This document shows, in pieces, positions 18,577-28,053 of a stretch of 64,000 nt of DNA. Source of the DNA: an uncultured Methylophaga sp. (GTDB lineage Bacteria; Pseudomonadota; Gammaproteobacteria; Nitrosococcales; Methylophagaceae); NCBI GenBank assembly GCA_963975785.1, contig CAXBIM010000006.1, forward strand, positions 7,448 through 71,447. Reading direction: 5' to 3'. The notes beneath the pieces are model-generated. The model made no database searches and was not told the DNA's origin. It saw only the letters and a program-made list of their open reading frames with translations. Position 1 is the first letter of the stretch. Every line of letters begins with the position of its first letter. Both the position numbers and the translations under genes were made by a program.

Positions 18577-19227
18577 TTGAAAAAAATATTACTAAACACT
18601 GTAATCTTATTATCATCGTTAATTTTAATAGGACCCGCTAATGCATTAGATGTCCAAATCTCTCCTGATTTGGCCTCAGTTGATGTTATTCATAACGGTA
18701 AGAAAGTTACTATTATGCGAAATCAAGATACTACTAATACTATCAATCAAGATTATGCAAAGACCTCTAGAAAATGTCCTCCGTTTTGTATTAGACCTAT
18801 AAAAATTGCAGAAGGTGTAGAGACACTAGGTGAACTAGAAATAATTAACTATCTGAAAATGAAAAGCGATGGCGATGATTCTATTCTTGTTATAGATTCA
18901 CGTACGCCTGATTGGGTTGAAAAAGGCACAATACCTGGCTCAATAAATCTACCATGGGATAAATTAGATGTTGAATCTGGAGCCGATCCTTTCAGTATTG
19001 CTGATATTTTACAAAAACAATTTGGTGTAATAGAGCGAGAAGGTTTATGGGATTTTTCAAAAGCAAGAACCCTAGTACTATTTTGTAATGGTATGTGGTG
19101 TGGCCAGTCACCAAGAAACATACATACATTATTACAATTTGGTTATCCAGCAGAAAAAATAAAATGGTATCGCGGCGGCATGCAAAATTGGGAAGCGCTA
19201 GGTTTAGCCACTGTCAAGTCTATGTAA
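18577..19227 (+). CDS. periplasmic rhodanese-domain sulfurtransferase
   Basis: Signal peptide and active-site loop FCNGMWCGQS. TTG start. Confidence 0.75.
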   Translation: MKKILLNTVILLSSLILIGPANALDVQISPDLASVDVIHNGKKVTIMRNQDTTNTINQDYAKTSRKCPPFCIRPIKIAEGVETLGELEIINYLKMKSDGDDSILVIDSRTPDWVEKGTIPGSINLPWDKLDVESGADPFSIADILQKQFGVIEREGLWDFSKARTLVLFCNGMWCGQSPRNIHTLLQFGYPAEKIKWYRGGMQNWEALGLATVKSM

Positions 19228-19249
19228 TTTAGCAACTTTTCACTTCACC

Positions 19250-19306
19250 GCTGCCCTTGATATATTCACCCTATCACGGAGGATATAATCAAGGGCAGCG
19301 TTTTTT
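19250..19306 (+). terminator. rho-independent terminator-like hairpin
   Basis: gctgcccttgatata ... tataatcaagggcagc followed by gtttttt. Confidence 0.7.
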
Positions 19307-19329
19307 AAACCTTATATTTCTGGTTAGTT

Positions 19330-21087
19330 ATGAATAGACGTGAATTCTCACAAATACTTGCGATTGCAGGTATGGCTAATATTTTCCCTACTGCTGCATT
19401 TTCAAAAACTCAAGACAATGGCAGTAATATGTATCAAGTGCCTAGTTTTGGCAATGCACGTTTATTACATATAACTGACAGTCATGCCCAATTACTGCCC
19501 GTTTATTTTAGAGAGCCATCTGTCAACCTAGGTGTTGCATCAGAAAATGGTAGGCCTCCACATTTAGTTGGCCAATATTTTTTAGATTACTATGGTATTC
19601 AATCAGGTAGTGTCTCTGCCCATGCATTTACAGCGTTAGATTTTGTCGATGGAGCTGAACAGTTTGGCAAAGTGGGTGGTTATGCCTATTTAGCAACATT
19701 GATAAAACAGTTACGACAAAGCTATGGCGCAAATGACCAATCTTTATTACTTGATGGTGGTGATACATGGCAAGGGTCAGCAACAGCATACTGGACACGA
19801 GGTAAAGACATGGTCGAAGCCTCAAATATATTAGGTGTTGATGTGATGACAGGCCATTGGGAGTTCACCTATCAAGCTGACGAAATATTAGAAAATATTT
19901 CAGAATTTAAAGGTGAGTTCTTAGCTCAAAATGTGAAAGTTAGTCAAGATGCCTTATTTGAAGGTTCTCCAGCTTATGATGAAGAAACTGGCCATGCCTT
20001 CAAACCATATACAATTAAAGAAATTGGTGGTGGACGCGTTGCCATTATAGGGCAGGCATTTCCATATACTCCTATTGCTAATCCCAGCCGTTTTATTCCT
20101 GACTGGACCTTCGGCATTCAGGCACAAGAACTACAAGGTTTAATCGACAAAGTGCGTAATACAGAAAAACCTGATGCTGTGATTTTATTGTCACATAATG
20201 GAATGGATGTAGATTTAAAGTTAGCTGCAACAGTCACAGGGCTTGATGCGATATTGGGTGGCCATACACATGATGGTATTCCCAAACCAGTTGAAGTTAA
20301 AAATCAGTCTGGTATGACTTTAGTAACGAACGCTGGTTCCAATGGTAAATATATAGGTGTACTTGATTTAGAACTAGGTCAAGGTTATGTAAAATCTTAT
20401 CGATACCATCTACTGCCTGTATTTTCAAATTTTATCGATCCTGACTCTGAAATGGAAAGCTTTATTAACGATGTCCGAGCTCCTTATGAAGGTATATTAT
20501 ATGAAAAGTTAGCCGTCTCTGATGAGTTACTTTATAGACGTGGTAACTTTAATGGCACATTTGATCAGGTGATTTGTGATGCATTAAGAGCCGTTAACGG
20601 TGCTGATATTTCCTTATCTCCAGGATTCAGATGGGGAACGACTGTTTTACCAAACCAAGTCATCACGATGGAGCATGTGATGGATCAGACTTGTATTACA
20701 TATCCAGAAACATATACACGTGAAATGACCGGGGCTCAGATTCGAGCAATCCTAGAAGATGTGTGTGACAATATTTTTAATGCCGATCCTTTCTATAGAC
20801 AAGGAGGTGATATGGTAAGGCTAGGTGGTATGGACTATGAGTGCGATCCAACTGCACAGTTTGGCAAACGTATTTCCAATATGACTCTAGATAATGGGAA
20901 ATCAATTCAAGCAAACAAAAGTTACAAAGTGGCTGGTTGGGCTACTGTAAACTCACAATCAGACGGGGCACCTATATGGGATGTCGTTGCAGATTACCTA
21001 CGTGATAACAAAGAATTTTCTATTAAAAAAATGAACACACCTATCTTAAAAAACAGTGATAATAATAAAGGTATTATTAAGAGGTAG
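19330..21087 (+). CDS. soxB: thiosulfohydrolase SoxB
   Basis: Tat signal (NRREFSQ), a metallophosphoesterase/5'-nucleotidase-like protein (HITDSHAQ, GHWEF, GGHTHD), 585 aa. Confidence 0.9.
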   Translation: MNRREFSQILAIAGMANIFPTAAFSKTQDNGSNMYQVPSFGNARLLHITDSHAQLLPVYFREPSVNLGVASENGRPPHLVGQYFLDYYGIQSGSVSAHAFTALDFVDGAEQFGKVGGYAYLATLIKQLRQSYGANDQSLLLDGGDTWQGSATAYWTRGKDMVEASNILGVDVMTGHWEFTYQADEILENISEFKGEFLAQNVKVSQDALFEGSPAYDEETGHAFKPYTIKEIGGGRVAIIGQAFPYTPIANPSRFIPDWTFGIQAQELQGLIDKVRNTEKPDAVILLSHNGMDVDLKLAATVTGLDAILGGHTHDGIPKPVEVKNQSGMTLVTNAGSNGKYIGVLDLELGQGYVKSYRYHLLPVFSNFIDPDSEMESFINDVRAPYEGILYEKLAVSDELLYRRGNFNGTFDQVICDALRAVNGADISLSPGFRWGTTVLPNQVITMEHVMDQTCITYPETYTREMTGAQIRAILEDVCDNIFNADPFYRQGGDMVRLGGMDYECDPTAQFGKRISNMTLDNGKSIQANKSYKVAGWATVNSQSDGAPIWDVVADYLRDNKEFSIKKMNTPILKNSDNNKGIIKR

Positions 21088-21247
21088 CGTCGCATTTAGG
21101 CAATAATGCCTTCACCTTCGCAAATAAAAGACTAATGCTGGTGGACATGATTAAAGCATTCTGAAAACATTATTATCACAATGCCTATAATTCACCAGAG
21201 CGGTTTGATAAAACAGTCTAACCCTTCCTAAATATCGTCATTTGATG

Positions 21248-23008
21248 TTAATCAACTAGCTTAATGTACATTTTGACTGCATCTGATGTCTGAAAAAAAA
21301 CCTTACCTGGGGATAATTCTTTAAGAAAATCTACCTTCTCGAATATATCTAAGACAGGACCTTTGACTTCAGCAAGGTTTAGCGTTGCACCTTGATTTTT
21401 GAGGTTAGTTATTAATTGACGAAGATAGACGACAGCAGTGGTGTCAATATAGCTTACAGATGAAAAAATTAGCACAATGTTTTGGGGAGAATGAAGTTGA
21501 TATTCGTGCTCAATAAATTCGGAAATATAATTAATGTTCGCGAATGTTATATTTTCATCGATCCTTATTAGCAACAATCCATCCCATGTTTGTACTGTAT
21601 GGCGCTTGATATTACGAAAGTGCTCTGTATCTTTAATTTTCCCGACAACGGCGATATGAGGATTTCCTGTTCTTCTTATATAGCTGAGAATAGTTGCTAA
21701 TACTCCTAGAACAATACCTTCTTCTATACCAAGAACTAGTACACCCATGAGTGTAATAAGCTGACTGATGCCATCTGACTTATCATGTTTCCAAGTGCTA
21801 ATAATGTTTTTTACTTTTATCAAAGGAAAAACAGCAATAATAATGATTGCTGCTAAGACAGCCTTCGGTATGGATTCTATTGTTTGAGAGACGGTATAAA
21901 GAAGGGTTGATAAAACAATAACAGCAATCAACATTGCAATTTGTGTTTGAGCACCAGCAGCATAATTTACCATTGTTCTACTGAAGCCACCTGCTACGGG
22001 CATTCCTCCAGTAAACGATGATGCTAAATTAGCAACGCCTAAGCCCACGAGTTCTTGATTAGTATTTAGTTTTTCATTTCTAACTGATGCAATAAATTTA
22101 GCAATAGCGACGCTTTCTACATACGCGATTAAGCTAATAAAAATTGCACTAGGTAGCAATGTAAGCATATGAGTTAATGAAACATTAAGAAACTCAAAAC
22201 TAAACGAAGGAAAACCTTGGGGAATGGAGCCTACTATTGGTACACCTTGGTTTTCATTTAACGAGAATTGGGTAACTAATATAGTGCCTACAATAATAGT
22301 CAATAATGGTGCGGATTTTGTTATTGCTGTGACAAAAGATTTTTTGATCTGAAGTTTTGTCAACAAGCTATTTAGTGGGCTACCCATCAATACTAAGAGC
22401 ATAATGGCAAGTAACCCTAATCCCATGGTATAGATATTGTACTGAATAGATGAGTCAAATAAACAGGTAGTTAATAAGTCACAGCTGGCGGTCTCTATTC
22501 CGAGCATTTTGGGTAACTGGCTGATAACAATTATGATAGCAGCGCCAGATGTGAATCCAGTCAAAACGGGTTGACTTATATAATTCACCAAACTGCCCAT
22601 TCTCAATACTGACATAATGCACAATATGAGCCCACCTTCTACGGCTAATATCATTGCATTTTGTGTAGGTGTGCCCATCGATAATAATTCAGTTGATGAC
22701 AATGCACTAGCCACCATAATAGCGGCGATAGACACAGGGCCAACTGATAAAACTCTACTTGAACCCAGAACAACATAAACCAATGCGGGTAAAAGGCTTG
22801 AATAGATACCCACTTCGGCCGGTAGCCCAGCTAAGAAGGCATAAGCTATTCCTTGTGGTACTAATAATATGGCAGTAATAATACCTGCAAAAATATCGCT
22901 ATGAAGTAGCTGTGAATTGTATGACTTCATCCAAGTTAAAGCAGGTATAAGTTGCTTTAAGTTTTGAATTAAATGATTAGTAGGCGCTTTATTAAGCATA
23001 TATTTCAA
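21248..23008 (-). CDS. SulP-family anion transporter with C-terminal STAS domain
   Basis: 586 aa polytopic membrane protein. The C-terminus is STAS-like (IDTTAVVYLRQLITNLKNQG). Confidence 0.85.
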   Translation of the reverse strand: MKYMLNKAPTNHLIQNLKQLIPALTWMKSYNSQLLHSDIFAGIITAILLVPQGIAYAFLAGLPAEVGIYSSLLPALVYVVLGSSRVLSVGPVSIAAIMVASALSSTELLSMGTPTQNAMILAVEGGLILCIMSVLRMGSLVNYISQPVLTGFTSGAAIIIVISQLPKMLGIETASCDLLTTCLFDSSIQYNIYTMGLGLLAIMLLVLMGSPLNSLLTKLQIKKSFVTAITKSAPLLTIIVGTILVTQFSLNENQGVPIVGSIPQGFPSFSFEFLNVSLTHMLTLLPSAIFISLIAYVESVAIAKFIASVRNEKLNTNQELVGLGVANLASSFTGGMPVAGGFSRTMVNYAAGAQTQIAMLIAVIVLSTLLYTVSQTIESIPKAVLAAIIIIAVFPLIKVKNIISTWKHDKSDGISQLITLMGVLVLGIEEGIVLGVLATILSYIRRTGNPHIAVVGKIKDTEHFRNIKRHTVQTWDGLLLIRIDENITFANINYISEFIEHEYQLHSPQNIVLIFSSVSYIDTTAVVYLRQLITNLKNQGATLNLAEVKGPVLDIFEKVDFLKELSPGKVFFQTSDAVKMYIKLVD

Positions 23009-23088
23009 GTCTTAACCTTACGATCAATTTTGTTGTATGAGCAGTGAACAGACCACATTAATAAATAAGCTGTGTAAGAAAAATATGT

Positions 23089-24339
23089 TTATTGTTCGAC
23101 ATATTTTTTTGCATAGCTTGCTTTACTGGGTAAATCGATACGACGACCTTTTAACATGATGCTCCAATATAACCATGGGAGACCGACGCGTTTAACTAGC
23201 CACCAAATATATCGGTTTTTTCTAGGATCGAGCATCGGAAAAGAAGGCGTGACTTCACCACCATATGAAAATTCAGCAAGCATCACACTGGAAAGTGACG
23301 TGGTTAACGGACATGAACCATATCCTGTGTATTTAGCGTTTAGAGACTTATTGGCGATCAGGCTAAGTATATTATCTGCAACAACGGGGACTTGTTTTCT
23401 GACAGCAGCCGCTGTCTTGGCATTAGGGGTGCCTATGACATCACCTAAACCAAAGACATTATTATAATTTGTGTGCTGTAGGGTTGCAGGATCAACATCT
23501 AACCAACCTGAATCGTTACTTAATGGGCTTTCTTTGATAAAGTCTGGAGCGCTTTGAGGTGGCGTGACATGAATCATATCAAAGTACTTAGTGATGAGTG
23601 TTATATTTCCATCTGGGTCTTTGACCTCAAATATGGCTTTTTTAGCAGGGCCATCTATTTCTATGAGGTTGGATGTGTAATTGGTTGTTATCCCGTAATC
23701 AGCAATAACTTTTTCTAGAGCTTTTGCAAAAAATGGAACACCAAATAAACCCGGTCCAGCATTAAAAAATTCAACATTTATTTTATCTAGATAGCCGTAT
23801 ATTCTAAAATGATCCGCAGCTAGGTACATCGCTTTTTGTGGTGCACCTGCACACTTTATTGGCATCGGTGGTTGAGTGAACAAAGCATTTCCAGTGGTCA
23901 TCTTTTGTATTGTTTGCCATGTGTATTCAACGTGTTTTGGTGAGTAGTTGCAACACACACCGTTCTGCCCCAAAGTGTTTTCTAATCCTTTTATCTTGTG
24001 AAAGTCCAGTTGTAATCCCGGACATACTACTAAATAGTCATAACTGACTTCATCGGCTGTATCTAAAGTAATTTTGTTTTGATCGGGTGAAAAAGAGCTA
24101 GCATAATTTTTTAGCCAAGTAATACCATCGGGCAGCAAGTCTTTTTGTTCTCGAGTCGCATTTTTTAAGGTATATGCACCAGCTCCAACAAGTGTAAAGG
24201 CTGGCTGATAGTAATGTAGGCTTGATGGTTCAATCAATGCTATTTCTAAGGATGCGTTCTGTTTTTTTAAATCGTTCGCAATGGAGGTGCCTGCTGCACC
24301 CCCACCAATAATAACAACGCTATAATGATTACTTTTCAT
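23089..24339 (-). CDS. sqr: sulfide:quinone oxidoreductase (type II-like)
   Basis: FAD fold VVIIGGGAAGTS plus redox cysteines in KCAGAPQK and GSCPLT. Confidence 0.85.
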   Translation of the reverse strand: MKSNHYSVVIIGGGAAGTSIANDLKKQNASLEIALIEPSSLHYYQPAFTLVGAGAYTLKNATREQKDLLPDGITWLKNYASSFSPDQNKITLDTADEVSYDYLVVCPGLQLDFHKIKGLENTLGQNGVCCNYSPKHVEYTWQTIQKMTTGNALFTQPPMPIKCAGAPQKAMYLAADHFRIYGYLDKINVEFFNAGPGLFGVPFFAKALEKVIADYGITTNYTSNLIEIDGPAKKAIFEVKDPDGNITLITKYFDMIHVTPPQSAPDFIKESPLSNDSGWLDVDPATLQHTNYNNVFGLGDVIGTPNAKTAAAVRKQVPVVADNILSLIANKSLNAKYTGYGSCPLTTSLSSVMLAEFSYGGEVTPSFPMLDPRKNRYIWWLVKRVGLPWLYWSIMLKGRRIDLPSKASYAKKYVEQ

Positions 24340-24378
24340 AGATTTCTCTTTTTTGTGAATTATGTATGTGTTAGAAAT

Positions 24379-25458
24379 TTATTTTCCCCACGCCTCGTAA
24401 CCACCAATCATGGACATCACGTTCATGAAGCCCATTTTTTTCAAACTAGCGGTAGCAAGAGCTGAGCGGTTGCCCGAACGACAGTACAAAATGATCTTAT
24501 TTTCAGGATCAATTATGTGTTCAAGATCCATGATCTTGAATTCAAGTACACCACGAGGGATTAGATGGGCACCAGGTATAAAGCTTTTTTCATATTCACT
24601 AGGTTCGCGAATATCGATGAGAACTACATTTTCATTAGTTAGCATGGATGCTACTTCTGATGGTGAAATTTCGGTGATATCTGTTTTTATTTGAGCAACG
24701 AGTTGTAAGGCAGAGAGTAAGCTACCCTTATTAATACTTAAATTTATATCGGAAGCTTGTATCGCCTCATCTTCATCAATGCCACAATAACGATTAGCTG
24801 GTACAGCAATATCGATCAGTTTTGGCTTGGGAAGATTTAGATTATTCATCATTATGATGAACTCATCACGTGATTTGCCAGCCAATCGTGGGTTGAGTAT
24901 TTTTTCTTGTCCGATGGAGCTTACCCTGAAACCTTTATAATCGTGGCCTGGGTAGACTAATGTTTCGTCAGTAAGCTTAAACAGTTTTTGAGTAATGCTA
25001 TCAAAAAGCTGCCCAGCATCGCCTCCCTGAAAGTCAGTTCTTCCACAGCCATTAATCAATAAGCTGTCACCTGTAAAAACTTTGTCTCTCCAAAAAAAAG
25101 ACATGCTACCGATGGTGTGACCCGGTGTTGAAATAGCCGTAACCGTCTCATTTACTCCAAGTTGAAAACGGTCACATTCTTTGATTTGTATATCGGCAAG
25201 CTTGGAATCGCAGTGCTGACTCACCCCTGTCTGGCAGTGTAAACTCTGCCTTAGTCGCCCACTTGCTGTGATGTGATCTGCATGTATATGCGTTTCTAAA
25301 GAAAACTTTAATGTAAGTCCATATTCAGCCAATAATGCTTTGTATGTTTCTATTTCGGTAATAACGGGATCTATTATGAGTGTTTCAGTCGATTCTAAGT
25401 CAGCAATAATATAAGTGAACGTGCTGCTTTCAGAATCATATAGTTGTCTAAAAAACAT
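24379..25458 (-). CDS. persulfide dioxygenase (ETHE1-like MBL) fused to rhodanese
   Basis: N-terminal MBL motif HIHADH and C-terminal rhodanese loop YCRSGNRS. Confidence 0.85.
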   Translation of the reverse strand: MFFRQLYDSESSTFTYIIADLESTETLIIDPVITEIETYKALLAEYGLTLKFSLETHIHADHITASGRLRQSLHCQTGVSQHCDSKLADIQIKECDRFQLGVNETVTAISTPGHTIGSMSFFWRDKVFTGDSLLINGCGRTDFQGGDAGQLFDSITQKLFKLTDETLVYPGHDYKGFRVSSIGQEKILNPRLAGKSRDEFIIMMNNLNLPKPKLIDIAVPANRYCGIDEDEAIQASDINLSINKGSLLSALQLVAQIKTDITEISPSEVASMLTNENVVLIDIREPSEYEKSFIPGAHLIPRGVLEFKIMDLEHIIDPENKIILYCRSGNRSALATASLKKMGFMNVMSMIGGYEAWGK

Positions 25459-25473
25459 ATTATTACCTCTTAA

Positions 25474-25992
25474 TTATTGTGTAGTTGCAAGTGGGATAGC
25501 AGCTGAAGAGCTGATTAATGATTGCAGCTGTTCATAGTTCCACTCACGAGGTCCTAATGCTTTAAACACTATTTCACCTTGTGGGTTAATTAAGTAAGTC
25601 ATGGGTAATGCTGGAACATCCCATCCTTTAAGACTAGTATCTGCGTCAACAACAATAGGGAAGCTGATGTTGAAGTGCCTGACAAACTCAGCTGCTTGGT
25701 CATTGAAATCACCGGCATGAATACCAATAATTTCAAAATTATCTTTATCCGCTTGATCATAGAGCTTTTGCATATCAGGAAACTCTTTAATGCAAGGTGA
25801 GCACCAATGAGCCCAAAAGTTAACGAGGACATATTTTCCTCGATAGTCGCTTAGGCTCATCATTTGTCCGTCTGGTGTTGCCAAAGTAAAGTCATTTACT
25901 TTCTGACTTGGTGTGACTGCCGTCATTAATGATTCTTGGGCTGATACGACAGAAGACGATAGCAGTAAAAAGTAACACAGTATTTTTTTCAT
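25474..25992 (-). CDS. periplasmic TlpA/ResA-like thiol:disulfide oxidoreductase
   Basis: Signal peptide and the WAHWCSPC thioredoxin motif. Confidence 0.85.
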   Translation of the reverse strand: MKKILCYFLLLSSSVVSAQESLMTAVTPSQKVNDFTLATPDGQMMSLSDYRGKYVLVNFWAHWCSPCIKEFPDMQKLYDQADKDNFEIIGIHAGDFNDQAAEFVRHFNISFPIVVDADTSLKGWDVPALPMTYLINPQGEIVFKALGPREWNYEQLQSLISSSAAIPLATTQ

Positions 25993-26007
25993 TTTAGATC
26001 CTAAAAT

Positions 26008-28014
26008 TTACAATTGATTAGTGTGGTCGCCAATGGGAGTGGCAAAAGAATCTGAAATTATTTCTGCCACATTGTCGCCATTTAGAGAGTGTAAAAATGC
26101 TACCAAGTCATCCATCTCCACTCGAGTGAGGTTGAGAGGATTGATAAGTGGAGATTGTGTTTCATTTGGAATACCACCATGGTTATAGAAGGTAACTACT
26201 TCTTCTAGTGAGCTCATTGAACCGTCATGCATGTAGGGAGCAGTGAGCGCTACATTTCTTAAACTCGGAGTTCTATATTTCCAACGGTCATCAGGATTTT
26301 GTGTTACTTCGTAATTCCCCAGATCTCCTTCTGGTTGATTTCCTACAGAGTTAATTATTGATTTTTTAACATCAAGATACCTGCCGGGTGCAACCTGTAC
26401 CCGTTGAGTTTCAGGATCTTTTCGCATTGACCTATCCCAACCAATACCTGTGTTATGTAGGCCGTTATCAGTAAAAAGTGCATGTTTGCTTGTTACCGTG
26501 TGGCAACTTATACAATTTGCCTTACCTGAAAATAAGTTAAAGCCTCTTATTGCTGACTCAGTCATCGTGTTTTGTTCTTTTGCGTAATGCCAGCGATCAA
26601 AAGATGAGTTAGCTGAGTTTAATGTTCTTTCATAGGTTGCAATTGCTTTTGGAATTGTCTCTAAACTTGCCTGTTGTCCATCAAATGCTTCTTCGAAAAG
26701 TCCCTTGTAATCTTCAAGCTGCCGTAATTTTTCTATAACAACACCAAAGGAGGGATTAGCCATTTCATTATGAGCTAGCATTGGTTGCCAGGCTTGTTGT
26801 TCCAGTGTCGTTTCACGACCATCATGGAACAGCTTCGTAAGATAAGCAGTATTGTAAATAGTCGGGGCATTTCTTTTAACAGAACGTCCTTCAAAGCCAA
26901 TAGCGGTTAGTAGCTCATGATTGGTGAAACCTTGTTCTGGAACATGACAGATTGCACATGAAATCGTATTATTTAGCGATAACCTGCGGTCAAAAAATAA
27001 TTTTTTCCCTAGTTTTATTTTTGCTTCAGTAACAGGGTTATCTTCTGGTACAGGTACTTGAGGTAAACCAAGAGGTGGATTTTCTACAAACTTTAGTAGA
27101 TTCGTTTCTCTACCTTTACGGCTCTCAATACTTAGAGAGTTAGTAATGTAGTTTGTACTTTCATAGCCGACTTTAGAATCGCCAGCACCAATTCTAATGT
27201 CCTGAAGATGTTTAGTTTGGGTGGTTTCTTCTGTGATGCCATATTCCATCATGAGAGTCTTTAAATCATTAATGATGATGTCAGGATGAAGAAAAGAAAC
27301 GCTGTAAATATTACGTATTTTTAGGTCGGGATCAATTAAAAATACACGTAATATATGTGAGAAATTGCCGTCATCTTCACCATCGGTATTTGATTTTGAA
27401 ATAACAGATTGACCATAAGCTTCAAGAATAGGAGCTAATTCTTCATCTGTGTGTGTGGTGAGATATTTCCAATCAACGGTTTCTACTTTTTCACTCTGGT
27501 CCATATGATGTGTATCATGGTTCATTGAATGATCAGCGTGTCCAGAATGGTCCATATCCATATGTTGATCGTGTTCACCACCCTCAAGCTTTTTTAAAAT
27601 CTCAGGGGTATCATATTTTGGATCAAAACTCATACTAAGCATTTGTAAGTTTTGAGCGATAGTAGGATCTTTCTTGGCAAGATCTTTAATTCTATTAAAA
27701 ACGACATGCGTGAGTGGACAACCATTTACATCATCACATCGTGTATACATAAAGTTAAGAAGGGTATATTTGCCTCTTAATAATTCATGGTAGGAAACTG
27801 ACTCATTGTTAGTGTTTATCGCTTGTGCATTTTTAGCATAGCCTAGGGCAGGTAGCTTGTAGCTACCTGCCCTAGGTGCCTTGAAGTTTAACTCACCATA
27901 ACCAGGCGCAGGCATAATTATTTCTGGGCCTTTAGCACCATCAAATGATAGAACATTAGTTGATATAACTAAGCTGATAATAGCTGCTAATGTTTTAATA
28001 TTTACATGTGTCAT
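26008..28014 (-). CDS. fused SCO1/SenC copper chaperone - MauG/di-haem cytochrome c peroxidase
   Basis: N-terminal SCO1-like CDDVNGCP, a His/Asp/Met-rich linker (HDQHMDMDHSGHADHSMNHDTHHMDQ), and a C-terminal half with two CxxCH sites (CAICH, CISCH). Confidence 0.8.
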   Translation of the reverse strand: MTHVNIKTLAAIISLVISTNVLSFDGAKGPEIIMPAPGYGELNFKAPRAGSYKLPALGYAKNAQAINTNNESVSYHELLRGKYTLLNFMYTRCDDVNGCPLTHVVFNRIKDLAKKDPTIAQNLQMLSMSFDPKYDTPEILKKLEGGEHDQHMDMDHSGHADHSMNHDTHHMDQSEKVETVDWKYLTTHTDEELAPILEAYGQSVISKSNTDGEDDGNFSHILRVFLIDPDLKIRNIYSVSFLHPDIIINDLKTLMMEYGITEETTQTKHLQDIRIGAGDSKVGYESTNYITNSLSIESRKGRETNLLKFVENPPLGLPQVPVPEDNPVTEAKIKLGKKLFFDRRLSLNNTISCAICHVPEQGFTNHELLTAIGFEGRSVKRNAPTIYNTAYLTKLFHDGRETTLEQQAWQPMLAHNEMANPSFGVVIEKLRQLEDYKGLFEEAFDGQQASLETIPKAIATYERTLNSANSSFDRWHYAKEQNTMTESAIRGFNLFSGKANCISCHTVTSKHALFTDNGLHNTGIGWDRSMRKDPETQRVQVAPGRYLDVKKSIINSVGNQPEGDLGNYEVTQNPDDRWKYRTPSLRNVALTAPYMHDGSMSSLEEVVTFYNHGGIPNETQSPLINPLNLTRVEMDDLVAFLHSLNGDNVAEIISDSFATPIGDHTNQL

Positions 28015-28053
28015 GGTGAATTATCCTTAAAATTACTACTTTTTTCTTACTGC

